The position numbers and the translations under genes are program-made. DNA of 63,064 bases, counting the filler, from Octopus bimaculoides (taxonomy: Eukaryota): the NCBI RefSeq assembly GCF_001194135.2. It is 3 parts of 3 records of this genome, joined end to end, with 100 filler letters (N's around TTAATTAATTAA, not from the genome) between each part and the next. Parts side by side here need not be neighbours in the genome. Positions count along the whole stretch, not along the records: positions 1 to 19,473 come from NC_068981.1; 2 more parts are not named here. One strand, given 5' to 3'. The notes beneath the pieces are model-generated. The model saw nothing but the letters and a program-made list of their open reading frames with translations, did no database searches and was not told the DNA's origin. Positions 1 through 12,024 of the stretch are shown here, piece by piece (the stretch's first letter is position 1; each line of letters begins with the position of its first letter).

Positions 1-750
1 GATGCTCTGATCTTTTGAATACCTTAGCATCATTACTGTCCTCGCCTTTCCTGCTTTATATTCTTCGGTGATTGATGTTATTGGTAGTTGCAGTACGGGT
101 TTTCCATATAGTGCAGTTGTATTCAGTGGTTTCGGCAGACCAAGCCATTTTCTGATAAACACACTGCATCTTTGTTCTATCCTTTCTACTCCACTCGAGG
201 CTATTTCGTACATTTGCAATGGCCACATTATCCTTGGGTACAGTCCAAATTGCAGTATCCAACATTTGAATTTTCCCGGCAGTGTTGTTCGGTCAATTGC
301 CTTTAATCTTTGTTCTACTTACTCGTGTGTTTCTTTCCCTTGCTTCTTATCATTTAATAAGTCTCTATACCATCTGTCGAGACTCTTTACTGGTTGTTCT
401 TTCACCGTTGGTATGTCTTCACCTCCTATCCTGAATTTCACTTCTTCTTGCACTCCTTTCACGAAAGCCAGGCTTCGAGATTTTTTGGCTTTGAATTTCA
501 TTCTTGCCCATCCTATCAGTTCATCCAACCGCTCTAACGTTCCCTCTGCTGCTTCTCTACTTTCCGATAGTAGAGTGACGTCGTCCATAAATGCCCTTAA
601 TGGTGTTTTATAGTAGCTTTCTCACAGTTTGTTGACCTTAGTAACATCTCCATGACTAGCACGAATAAGATGACTGATATCGTGCATCCGGCTGCAATAC
701 CTACTTCTAGCCGTTGCCATTGTAATTGAATGAATCTTTAAAAAATCCAT
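1..750 (-). mobile_element. Hero-clade (R2-group, RLE) non-LTR retrotransposon RT fragment
   Basis: WQRLEVGIAAGCTISVILF...PLRAFMDDVT...WARMKFKAKKSRSL...PVKSLDRWY...LPGKFKCWILQ...IRKWLGLP...QLPITSITEEYKAGKAR. Confidence 0.8.
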
Positions 751-2145
751 TAAATTTACCTCGTTGCTGTTTGCAAGCACTAAATATGGTATTTCAACGC
801 AAAAATTCCCACAGTGCTAAAGCGCACAATTACTTACAATGGTGTTGTAAGTACCAAATGGCACGTGGATGCGGACAGTTGTGAATGAGCATTCACATCT
901 ATAAGCACATGCGGACAGAACGTATTTCGAGAAAATCGATATTCTATCGACCAAAAGTGCAATTATGATAAAATGTAAACGATCGATGCAAACACTAGTG
1001 CACTGACAGGTAGCAGAAGGTAAAAGGTATTTCTAAGAAATATCACACTTAAGTGCAAAATTTAAATAAAAAGTGTGTGCAAATCGAAACGGTTTCTAGG
1101 ACTTCCCTGAAAATGAAAGACAGCCAAAACCGGGCCTTCTTTGGGAATAAAGGGTATTAGCATTAAAATTACCTTATAATTATTTGGAAGTAATGAAAAT
1201 TCTTTATAAATAAAGTTATTTAAGTCCACGTAACCGGAAAACTTCAAATGGGATATAGGGTTCGGCAATAGGCAATGTTGACCGATAAAGTAGCAAACCT
1301 TGTCGATGAATAAGCTACCAGAACCGATTGAGTAGTGCTTTCTTTTTTAGAATGTAACCGATTAATTTGATCAATAAAATTCGTAAAAATGATAAGAATA
1401 ATTTGTCAAAATATTGTTCAATTATGCTTACTGATAAAAAAAAATAACTCATAATGTTGATACTAATATTCCTTCTTCATGAAATGGAATTAAAGAATAA
1501 ACAATAGGCATGTACGTGTCAAATCAAGTGAGTCAGGCAAAAGCCGAAAAATACCGCTCATTTTTTTGTTTTATACCAAAAACTATTAGCTAAAGTTTTA
1601 GATATTTGTCGCCCAAATTTTTACGTTCAATTACTAATCAATTTGTCGTTTTCCACTGTCAATTGAAATTTGTTGTGAGACAATATTAACAGTTGATTGG
1701 TCGCCAATTAGTACCATTCATTCGTTAAAATTAATATTTTATTTCGTTTTTACTTATTCAAAATAATTGCCTTGTCGTCTTACTCTTTTGTGTCAGCTTA
1801 TTTATTAAACACAAAAGGACATGCCTGGATGCACGTGTTCGAGTACAGTTCATTCTAGAATTATATCGATTTTTACTGCAATCACATATGTTTTTTCATG
1901 AAATTGCTGAGAAAGCTTAATGCAATTAATGCTCTGATGCTAAATGGACGAAAATAGCGGCTGTTCATACGTGATTTGCGGAATGATAGCCAATAAACGC
2001 TATTGAAATCGGATTTTCCATCAAGATTTTGATTTAAAAAGGTCAAATCTCACTTTGACACTAATGATTGTGTTATGAAATTTAACTGATGCATCCACTG
2101 TCTTTTACCTATGTGCAAAATTTCAGCACGCTCAGTTGAAAATAC

Positions 2146-2265
2146 GGAAGGCTTCTTTCAGTTTCCGGCTACCAAATCTACTTACAAAGCTTTGGTCGCC
2201 CCGAGGCTATAGTAGAAGACACTTGGCCAAGGTGCCATGCAGTGGGACTGAACCCAGAAACATTT
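2146..2265 (-). mobile_element. SINE family A, internal fragment
   Basis: Antisense of GTTCAGTCCCACTGCATGGCACCTTGG..AAGTGTCTTCTACTATAGCCTCGGG, shared with copies at 39597, 43935 and 62728. Confidence 0.75.
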
Positions 2266-2362
2266 CCGCTCTTTTTCTTTCTCACCTTTTATTTTACGAA
2301 AAATCAACTGATGGATACCAACAACCGCAAATTTATACAGTCAGATTTAGGCAAACAAAATA

Positions 2363-2617
2363 TTGGGTTGGTGCATAACTATTGCGGCTTTTTTACAAAA
2401 AGTTTTATTCAACAAAAACAATAACAATATTTAACGAAAACATCTTTAAATGAGGGTCCGACCGTCTGCCAAGCAAATGGGAAGCAGTAATTATAGTAGA
2501 TGGTGAACATCCTCCGGAATAATCATTTAAAGATGTTTTTGTTACATGTTGTTATTATTCTTTTTGTTGAATAAAATTTGTTGAAAAGAAAGCCGCAATA
2601 ATTATGCACCAACCCAA
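2363..2617. mobile_element. Mariner-derived MITE (255 bp), TA TSD
   Basis: TIRs TTGGGTTGGTGCATAA(C/T)TATTGCGGCTTT; TA at 2361-2362 and 2618-2619; ~90-bp inverted arms; centre encodes transposase C-terminus GSDRLPSKWEAVIIVDGEHPPE*. Confidence 0.9.
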
Positions 2618-2619
2618 TA

Positions 2620-5600
2620 CAAAGGATGCGTCGAAATTGGCAGTTCGATGAGTTCCGTCTTCTTATCCAAAGTTGGAGCATGAGCGAGGTTCCTCCGTCC
2701 AACGATCTAATAGCGGCGGCCTTGAAGAGCTATGGTTACCACAGGCTCATGGCACAGATCGTGCGAAAGAAACAAGAGTCCATATGCTCCTATGATCTTG
2801 TCAAGCTACATATCGACTACTAGAAAAAATAATGAAGAAAACAGAACGGCTCAATGACGACCCTGCATTTCTGGAAACCAATGAAGAATAAACAGACAAT
2901 ATAAAAAAAGAAAGAAAAAAAAGAAACTGCGAACATCATTGGCCTCAAAAGCAACACTGACAGCAGCAATGGCTGCAACAAGAACAGTCAAAACTGGACT
3001 GTGGTGAAAAAGAGAGGCAGACAAGAAACTGACACAACCAGGAAAACTAGTGCCCTGAAGTACAAAGGTAACAGGAAGAACATGAACAAAAACAATAACC
3101 CAAAACCCAAAAGGAAAAATGAAGGAGCACAAGGACAGAAACTGATAGAGCCCAGAGTGTATGTAAATTTTATTTAAATGGCACCTGCTGGCATGGAGAA
3201 AGGGGAGAGGGATGCAGTTTTGCCCATCATAAATTTTATCTGAACAACAAGCAGGGTAACCTGAAACAAAACCAACAAAAACATAGAGGGAAATCATCAA
3301 GCATGGATCTGCAGGCTAATAGTGCTCCAACAGGAAGAAACGCGTCTCAAAAGAGTAGGGAGAGAGATCCACGCATGCACTCTGTATCCTTCAAAAGGCA
3401 ATATGCAGAAACTGTTGGAACTACAGCTATTGAACAACAGTCTTTTTTAAACATGGCCCAGAATATAGTGCAGCAGCCGACATGGATGAACAGGATGCAA
3501 AGTCAAAGCCATGCATTTCAATGCACAAGACCACCTCAGGTGACAGGCCCAGGATGGCCACCACTAACACCCACTCTGATATCGCACCCATATTCTTATT
3601 GCTACTGAATATTGGAGGTCTGCTAAAACTCAGCAACAGAGGTAAAATATTCTCTCTAAAAGCGCTTGCTACATGCAATCAAGTAATATGCATGGCACTC
3701 ACTGAAACGCATCTAACCCCGAATGTAACAGATGCGGAAGTATACATACCAGAGTATGCTGTATTTTGTACAAACAGAAGAGGGAGAAGCCACGATGGAG
3801 TTGCTATGTACATCCGTGAAGATGTCACACCTCTTGTATTACTGTCACATTCAAACTCAGTTTGCGACACCTTAATAATACATATAAAGCAGGTTTATGT
3901 AGCTGCATGCACAATATATCGTCCGCCGAATACCACAAGATATGATGGCAAATTTGAGGATAGCCTCAAACACATCGATCAGAACATGAACATCAACATA
4001 CTCTTCCTGGGTGGCTTCAGTCTCTCACATGTTAAATGGCCAGAAGGCTAAATCCTCTCTGGGATGTCACTGCATGAACAAAAGCATGTAGAGTCATTAC
4101 TTGAACTTACTAATATGCTGTTCATGGAGCGAATGATACTCAGGCCAACCAGGGGGAAACAACACATTAGACCTCTGCTCCACAGATAATGTGGACCTTA
4201 TCCATAATGTGAAGGTGACACCAACAACACTAACATGTCACAACATTGTTGAACTATGTATGGTGCTGCATGAACTGCTGGTACCTACCCTATCAGGAGG
4301 ACTCAAGCCTTATCCAACCTGAATTTCTATAAAGCAAAATGGGAATCAATCAGTAAAGAGATCCACAAGCGAAACTGATCTAACATTCTATGTATGCAAG
4401 ACATTGACTTGAATCTCAGCCAGTTTATGTCAACAGTGCAGGCGATACGCACTAAATATACCCCAAAAAGAAAGGCCAGCACACTGACGAACAAGATTCC
4501 CAGTGACAGAAATTTTTTTATAAGACTCAGGTTAAAGGTCTCAAAGCGGCTGAATAGGCAACTGAAGGATAGGGAGAAGCCTGTTTTAATATGGACACTC
4601 CTAGAAATCTAAAACAAGATCAAATTCTCTCACGAAAGGGAAAGAGCAGAGAGAGAGAGAAGAGAGTTGGGGAAAGCATAAAATCAAATCTCAAAGCTTG
4701 CTATAAATTCGCAAAGGAAACAGCCACAATACAATATAAAATAGGACCATTGTTCCAAGGGAATGACTCACTGACATCGGACCCAGGAACGATAAGTGAG
4801 ATACCCAGTAAACAATCTTCACTTCCCCCTTTGGACACATGCAGTTAAAAAATCTGACTGAATTATTTGATACTGCAGCTCTTAAAAGGAGGCGCCAGCA
4901 ATCGATTGCATCATCATTGAGGAAACAGATGTAATAGCGGCCATAGATGAAATGAGTTCAAGCTCCGCAACTGGTCCTGATGGCTTCCCAGCTATTCTCT
5001 TGAAGTCATGTAAGCAGGCTTTGGCGAAACCACTTCAGATACTTTTCTAAAGTTTCCTTGCAAGTGGCAAACTTCTTAAAAAGCTGTCTTATTCACAAAG
5101 GTGGAAGCAGAGCAGAGGCCAAAAACTACAGGCCAATCTCTCTGATTTCACATATCAGTAAAGTCATGGAGCGAATCATCAGAAAGAAGTTGATAATGTT
5201 CCTAGAAGAAAATGACCTACTGAACAATACACTGCATGGCTTCCGTCCAGAAGGAAACTGCTTCACATGACTCTTACAGCACTAAGACTGGGTTTTGAAA
5301 CAGCTGCTTGACCATTCAGATATCAGCGTGATATACTTTGACTTTGCAAATGCATTCGATAAGGTAGATCATAGCATGATAAGTCATAAGCTACGAGACC
5401 TTGGCATTACTGGTAAACTGGGAGAGTGGCTGCTTAAAGTCACAAGTCAGGTAGTTGCAGCCAACGGTGCCCTTTCTGAGGAAACTCAAATCCTGAGTGG
5501 CGTCTCCCAGAGAACTGTTCTGGGACCATTACTGTTCATAATAACCCTCTTAGACACGTCCACAGTCACTCGGACAGCCACTGTCACTAGCTATGCTGAT

Positions 5601-6418
5601 GATACAAAATTATCACAGGCAATAAAAAACCGAGATGACGTTGCCAGCTTACAGTGGAACCTGAATTCAATATACAAGTGGGCCGAAATGAACAACATGC
5701 AGTTTAATACTGGAAAATTTCAAGCACTGCACTATCAACTCACCAATGCACTACAGCCTGCATATACAGGACCCAAAGGCACTATAATCATTTTATATGC
5801 ACATTACTAAGATGGCAGCAAAGTGCAGACAACTGGCAAGATGGATACCGAGGTCCTTCCAGACAAGAGACGAAGAAACTATGTCGTCCCTGTGGAGAAC
5901 CCCTGTTCTCAACCGTCTGGACTACTGCTCCCAGTTATGAACTCCACATAGTGCCAAACTAAGAGCGGAGCTTGAAGCTGTCCAACGCTACAACCTTAAA
6001 GAGATTGAGACAGTGCAACGGATGAGCTACAGGGATAGGCTGAGAAAACTGCAACTTCACTCCCTGGAGCGAAGGTGTGGAAGATATGCAATAACCTACG
6101 TATGAAGAACTCTAGAAGGCTTGCACCAAATTTCAGCATTGGGTATTATACAAATGCCAGAACTGGCCGCCATTGTAATGTATCAAAAGTACTATCCACT
6201 TCATCTAAATTCAGGACCAGGTACCGCAATAGTCTAGGGGTCAAAGGCCCGCAGCTCTTCAATGCCTTGCAACAAAAATTAAGAAATCTGCATAAAGTGA
6301 AAGCAGATGTCGTCAAAAAGGAACTAGACATCTTCCTCGCCACAATTCCCGATGAACCAACAGCCCAACATGAGGTGCAGACGAAAGTAGTGAAATCAAA
6401 CTCCCTTATACACCAAAT
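2620..6418 (+). mobile_element. Near full-length degenerate CR1-type LINE (ORF1 with CCCH finger, APE endonuclease, RT)
   Basis: APE: LLNIGGL..ALTETHL..GVAMYIRED..IYRPP; RT: GPDGFPAILLK, NYRPISLISHISKVMER, DFANAFDKVDH, SGVSQRTVLGPLLF, SYADDTK; C-terminus LFNAL...LDIFLATIPDEP...SNSLIHQ; many stops and frameshifts; 5' limit uncertain. Confidence 0.88.
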
Positions 6419-6419
6419 G

Positions 6420-7250
6420 GGCCAACAGCTGGGACAGAGGCATCTTTTCTCCAGCCCTATCTTGCTCTTCAGATGATCTCTGAAGTAATATAGCAAACCA
6501 GGGCCGCAGATGAATGTTCCTGTCGCGACTCCTTTTGTTCTGGTTTTCCATATGCACTCTTTCAGTACTGCAACTATGCATAAGAAACATACCTCACCTT
6601 CCTTTGATAGTCCGAGTGGCGATGCAATCTTAATCATGCACTCAGCAGATAGCTGTACTCTTCCTAGATGCGACAGCACGTGTTCTGCATAAACTATCAA
6701 GCCCGAAAGCTCCGGGCACTGAACAAGGGCGTGCAGAACGGTTTCATCATCCTGCCCGCACCTTGAGTATGCCGGTGGCACAGACATCTCATGCCTAGAC
6801 AGTTTATCACGAACAGGTAAAGCACTCTTATAGCACTGCCAGGTCAGGGATTTCTGGTAGTTATCCAGGTACACCGACCCGAAAGTTCTTTGAAATAGGT
6901 TGGCTAGCTGGCCCTCATCGAACTCCAGAGCTTCTTCTAGGACGTTATCCCTCTTGAACTCTATAGAGTATCGAGGTGGTGCTCCCTCTGCCAGCCTTGC
7001 CCACCTTGTGGATTAGCACGAGTGCCCGTCGGCACTCTTTTTGCCATTCAGTCAGGTTCCGTCTTTTTATGAAATTGGGTTTCAATTCCTCCAAGGAGGC
7101 CCTGGTCACGCTCCAGGCAGAGCCAGAAATGCCTTAGACTCAGCGCATTATCAGCCACAGCATCCCTAACCCACCCTTTAGCGGTTTTTGACAGCAGACA
7201 GAGCGCCTCACAAGCGGTTTTCCTCCTCTCCACAAAAAGCGAAAGAGACA
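6420..7250 (-). mobile_element. L1/Tx1-like LINE ORF2 C-terminal fragment
   Basis: LDNYQKSLTWQCYKSALPVRDKL...SRCGQDDETVLHALVQC...LKECIWKTR (RT-associated zinc-binding domain). Confidence 0.75.
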
Positions 7251-7312
7251 TATGATGTTACAACATTATAGATTGTCTCATATTAAATACAAGATTTTCT
7301 GGAATCTGAGGT

Positions 7313-7424
7313 TTTGTTTACGTTTTTCAATTAGAAGTCGGAAGTTTGTTTACGTTTTTCGATTAGAGGTCGGATGTTTGTTTACGTTTCTCGAGTGCAC
7401 ATAACATATGTAAACATGGTAAGT
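7313..7424 (+). promoter_or_regulatory. 2.5x 32-bp tandem repeat with forkhead (TGTTTAC) and ETS-like (CGGAAGT/CGGATGT) motifs, followed by AAACATG|GTAAGT
   Basis: TGTTTAC at 7315, 7347 and 7379 (period 32); GTAAACA-TG-GTAAGT at 7410-7424; function unverified. Confidence 0.3.
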
Positions 7425-8053
7425 AATACTTTCGGGAGTGGGGAACTTAATTTATTTTGTTCGAATCTGACTAGTTAAGGTAAGAGAAACAAAGTATATT
7501 ATTATTTCTCTTGTTTTCCTTCTGATAATCTTAATTTTTGTTTTATCACCACGTATCCTGTGATGGACTGAAATTTGCTGCTGAGTTCTGTCTATATCGA
7601 CGTTATATTGACCTTTAGTGAAGGATGTGGTGTGTTGTAGTAATTGTATGGTATGCGGTTTAAGGCAAGATACTATTATGTCTTCTGTTAAATGAAATCA
7701 GGATGATATCAATAAACAAATGAAAAGGCAAGTTACAGTTGACCACACTGGAACATTTATTAACGTCGCTAAAATTAGATACAACAAAACTGGCAGGACA
7801 TAAATAGTTGTCAATACATTGTATAGATTCAAATGCTCATAAAAATGGAAGATAGAAAAATTCTGTTTACAATTTTGTTTAAAATGTTGGTAAGACACGA
7901 AGCATAGCGTCAAGGATTTCGGTTAAAATTTTGTTCAAGCTGAAGCTGTTTAGTCGAATCAAACTGCTCTCACATCAAAGATCCAAAACCGCACGTAGCA
8001 AAACTTCACCTCCCTCTAGAGTTAGGGGAAATAAGGGTCCCTTAAAAAGCTCA

Positions 8054-8778
8054 TATTGGAACGCATGGCCAGTCTATCACGTTCTGGGGCAGACAGTCCG
8101 CGTAACGCTTAATGGACTTGACCATCACGTGATGAAATAAAAATAGGTAGCTAAAAGTAAAATGCCACAATGTGAGTAGCTAAAGTTCAAGAGCTCCTGC
8201 TGCAACTATTCTCTCACCAGGGAAATAACCGATGAGGGCAAGAAACGAAAACCAGAAAAACCGTAGCCAGCAGAAAAAATATACAAACGGTACATGCAAT
8301 TAAAAAGTGAAAAAAAACATGAGGAAATAGGTGTTCAATAAAAATAAACAATACATCAAATGGGAAAAATATAACCAAAGTTCATAAAAGTGACTGAAAA
8401 TGGTTAATAAAAGTTCACAATAAAAGTCTTTAGTAAATTGCTTTTATTTCTAGCAACAGGAAAAATGCACGTAAAAATGCAATCACAGAAAATAGTGAGT
8501 AATAAACAAAGGATTCTGAAATTTCAGATGTATTGCCTAGAGCAGTGCCTTCTAATGTGAAGTCAAAAAGTGAGTCTAAAAGTGTGAAAATGTGAAAAAT
8601 TCATATGTATACAGCGCACGCAATGCTGAAAGTGAAAACAGTTGTGCAAGGCATTGTCAAAATACATGCAGGAAAATTGATATTGGGACGCTTGGCCAGT
8701 CTATCACGTTCAGGGGTGGACAGTCCGCGTAACGCTAAATGGACTTGACCATCACGTGATGAACCAAAAATAGGTAGC
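8054..8778. repeat. 98-bp direct repeat pair (8054-8151, 8681-8778)
   Basis: 8 mismatches in 98 bp by manual alignment; both contain AGTCCGCGTAACGC...GGACT and ATCACGTGAT. Confidence 0.9.
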
Positions 8779-9299
8779 ATCTTTTCACCCTCATTTTTAC
8801 ATCTCTTCATTTATGTATTTTCTTTTTTTTTTCTCATTCTCTGCTCTCTCACCTCCTTTGCTCTTTCTCTCGCCTTTCTCTCGCCTTTCTCTCGCCTTTC
8901 TCTCGCCTTCTCTCACTGCTTTTCCTCGCTCTTTCTGTCCGTTTACCCCCTCTCTTTCTTCCCCTCTTCCGTTTCTCCTTCTGCTCTTCTTGATTATCTT
9001 TACATTCCCTTCTCTTTCTACCCCTCTCTGCATATCCATCTCTATATCTTCCCGCCCTCTCTTTCTTCTTATCTCAGCAAAGCCAACTATATCTAAGACA
9101 GTATTAAGTTTAAAATACACAGAAACTAGCAGTCTGAAGAAGTAAAAACAATCCTCCTTGCATGGAACTTGGCCGAGGGATCACTGCCAAACATTCTGAT
9201 TGCGGAAACCCTTAAGAGTTTTGGTTTCACCGAACCACATCTCAAATAGAAAGGAAACGGAACGAATTCATTCGTTTTTATTCCCTGATTAAACCAAAC

Positions 9300-10600
9300 A
9301 TGGAGCTACTAGATAATATACTCAAAGAGGAGACAAAAGCACAAAGCGAAAAAGAAACCAGTGACTCTATGGAATCTAAGGAGCGTCAGAGTGATACTGT
9401 GAGAGAGGAACAAAGAGATATCGCCACCCTGGACAACTGTGAGTCCAAGGAGAACAACAGCAGCGAAGCAAATGTCTACCAGGAAAAACAGGAGTCAAAG
9501 ATGAAGATGAAGGAATGAACAAGCAAGCAAGCAAGCAAGCCGAGGGTGGCAATAGGTCGAGTGCAAAAATAGAAACAAAAAATAGAATCTGCGAAGACAA
9601 TGGCCCTAAAATTAAAAAAAAGCCCAAACAGTCCGCAAGTTCTATACAAAGTTCTATACAAAATTAGTTAGTGCTGGCATGGGGACATTAGGACAGGTTG
9701 CAGATTTGCTCATCTCAAGCCTCATGTAAGCGGTACTGGTTTCGTTCACCCCAAGACCAGAGAGAACTATCCCCGAGGAGACAAACAACACTAGAATCAA
9801 CAATGTCACAAGCCCAGGTTACAAAATCCGATGCCTCCACCTTGGAAATATGTGGATGGTGCAATCACTGCTCCTAAGAGGTAAAAATATTAGGCGCACT
9901 ACGGACAGTAGCTACTGAACAGCAGTCTTTTTTGGAAATGGCACAGAGAGTTGTAAGCTAGTTGATTGGCTCCATCAGACATTGAGTTGGAGAAACAGTT
10001 ACCAGCTCTCAAGACCACCTCAGACATCAAAAGATCCAGGATGGTCACCTCTGACCATCTATGTATGTGAGACTAGAGACCACTACCGACACCCTATATG
10101 TCGCACCAGTACCCCACCTAAACATCAGGGGCCTTGTAGCGTCTTAACGGAAAACCCAATACCTGAGTGACGTAGTAACAAATCCAGCAATATTCATGGC
10201 ACTAACAGAAACACATCTGAACGCTGACATATCAGAGGCTGAGGTACAGATAGTAAAGTCTGTTGTGTTTTGAACTGATAGGTGGAAAGGACCTGTGGTG
10301 GATTTGCAATGTACATCCGGGAAGATATCGTGCCTGTAGTCCTGCTCTCTTACTCAAGCTCAGTCTGTGACACTCTGCTGGTACATATTAAACAGAAGAA
10401 AATGGTAATATGTTTTACATATTGCCTACTAGATACTCCAAATCATTGGGGTTCATTCGAAGAGAGCCTCAAAAAGATGGAAGAAGTGTTAACCAACGTT
10501 GATGACAACTCTCACACACTTCTTTTAGGAGAGAAACTTCACCCTCTCTAATGTCGAATGGTCTGCTGGAGCAGCAGGTATTTTGACACAACCCCCTCCT
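9300..10600 (+). mobile_element. CR1-type LINE 5' portion (ORF1-like plus endonuclease), related to the 2620-6418 copy
   Basis: HLNIRGL..MALTETHLNADISEAEVQI..GGFAMYIREDIVPVVLLSYSSSVCDTLLVHIKQ; also shares ACAGCTATTGAACAACAGTCTTTTTT-like sequence with 3420-3450. Confidence 0.75.
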
Positions 10601-10867
10601 GCAAATTGTCGTTTCCAAATCAACAAATGAAAATTTGAAAGCAAAATATGCTGTGATGATGGAAGTGTACACGCGCGCGCACACACGCACACNNNNNNNN
10701 NNNNNNNNNNNNNNNNNNNNNNNACACACACACACACACACACAATGTAACTTCTGATGGCGTAAAGCGATAGAGAATAAAATTGTTATTGTAACAGTTT
10801 ATATTAACATTTTGGTTTTCTTTTTCTGTGTTCACTTATTTATTTCAATAAATTTAGTAATTGTTTA

Positions 10868-11975
10868 CTTTCAAATTTCGTATACTGGTAGAATGTGTCA
10901 TTTAAAACATCATTTACTCTTGGCGTTTTTAAAAAAATTCTTTATTTTCGAAGTTATTTCGTGTTAAAGTTGTCGTATTTCGGTAATTTCAACCAATCAA
11001 TGACGTTTATTGAGGTGAAAACGTTTACTGCTGTTGTTTGTCAACAACAACTTCCGGCGGTGTATATTTCGTTTGTCACTGTTATTTATGACATCGTTCA
11101 TGCGTTTGTACTGGTTTTAGCTTTAGGGTTTTAGGGTTAGGATTAGGGTTAGGGTTTTAGAGTTAGGGTTAGAGTTAGGGTTTTAGGGTCAGGGTTAGGG
11201 TTTTAGGGTTAGGGATAGGGTTTTAGAGTTAGGGTTAGGGTTAGGGTTTTAGGGTTAGGTTAGGGTTTTTTTCAGCTACTATTTTTGGAAAGACATTTTT
11301 GCCCCTCCCCCTCCAATTTCTTCATTTTTCACATTTTTCCGTAACTCTAACCCTAAAATCTCAACCCTAGCCCTAAAACCCTAACCCTAATCCTAAAACC
11401 CTAACCCTAAAACTCTAACCCTAACCTAACCTTAAAACTCTAACCTAACCCTAAAACCCTAACCCTAACTCTAAAACCCGAACTTTAATCCTAACCAGAT
11501 AAAACCAGTACAAACGTACGAACGATGTCATAAATAACAGTGACAAACGAAATATACACCGCTGATAGTTGTTGTTGACAAACAACGGCAGTAATTTTAT
11601 TCAAGGGAAAAGATCCCAAAATAGGCAATTTCGAAAACGCTAAAATAAAACGAAAATACTTTCACAAACAAAATAAACTGAAATTTTTTTTTCAACAACT
11701 AATATTTGAATTGATTAAACTATACACGCGTGTATCTCAAATGTAAATATATCAGAAATAACAGTGACAAACTAAATATACACCGCCGGAACATCTTGTT
11801 GACAAACCACAGCAGTAATTGTTTTCATCTCAATAGACGTCATTGATTGACTGAAATTACCGAAATACAACAACTTTAACACGAAATAACTTCGAAAATA
11901 AAGAATTTTCTTAAAAACGCAAAGAGTAAATGATGTTTTAAATGACACATTCTACCAGTATACGAAATTTGAAAG
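10868..11975. mobile_element. Fold-back non-autonomous element with ~220-bp TIRs and internal telomere-like arrays
   Basis: 10868-11087 inverted with 11756-11975; TTAGGG/TTTTAGGG array ~11116-11267 and CCCTAA/CCCTAAAA array ~11345-11495; TGTTTA repeated at 10862-10867 and 11976-11981. Confidence 0.85.
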
Positions 11976-12024
11976 TGTTTAGTTACAAAAAAATAATTTT
12001 TTCTATGTGCCGACCAAAAGGAAA

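Noticed and set aside
68-613. 181-aa plus-strand ORF (also 16139-16915 and 61660-62076)
   Set aside because: Antisense shadows of the Hero RT, LINE ORF1 and mariner ORFs.
10868-11975. True chromosome end-to-end fusion site
   Set aside because: Arrays are short and degenerate, separated by a spacer and bounded by a direct TGTTTA repeat, which fits an insertion better; not fully excluded.
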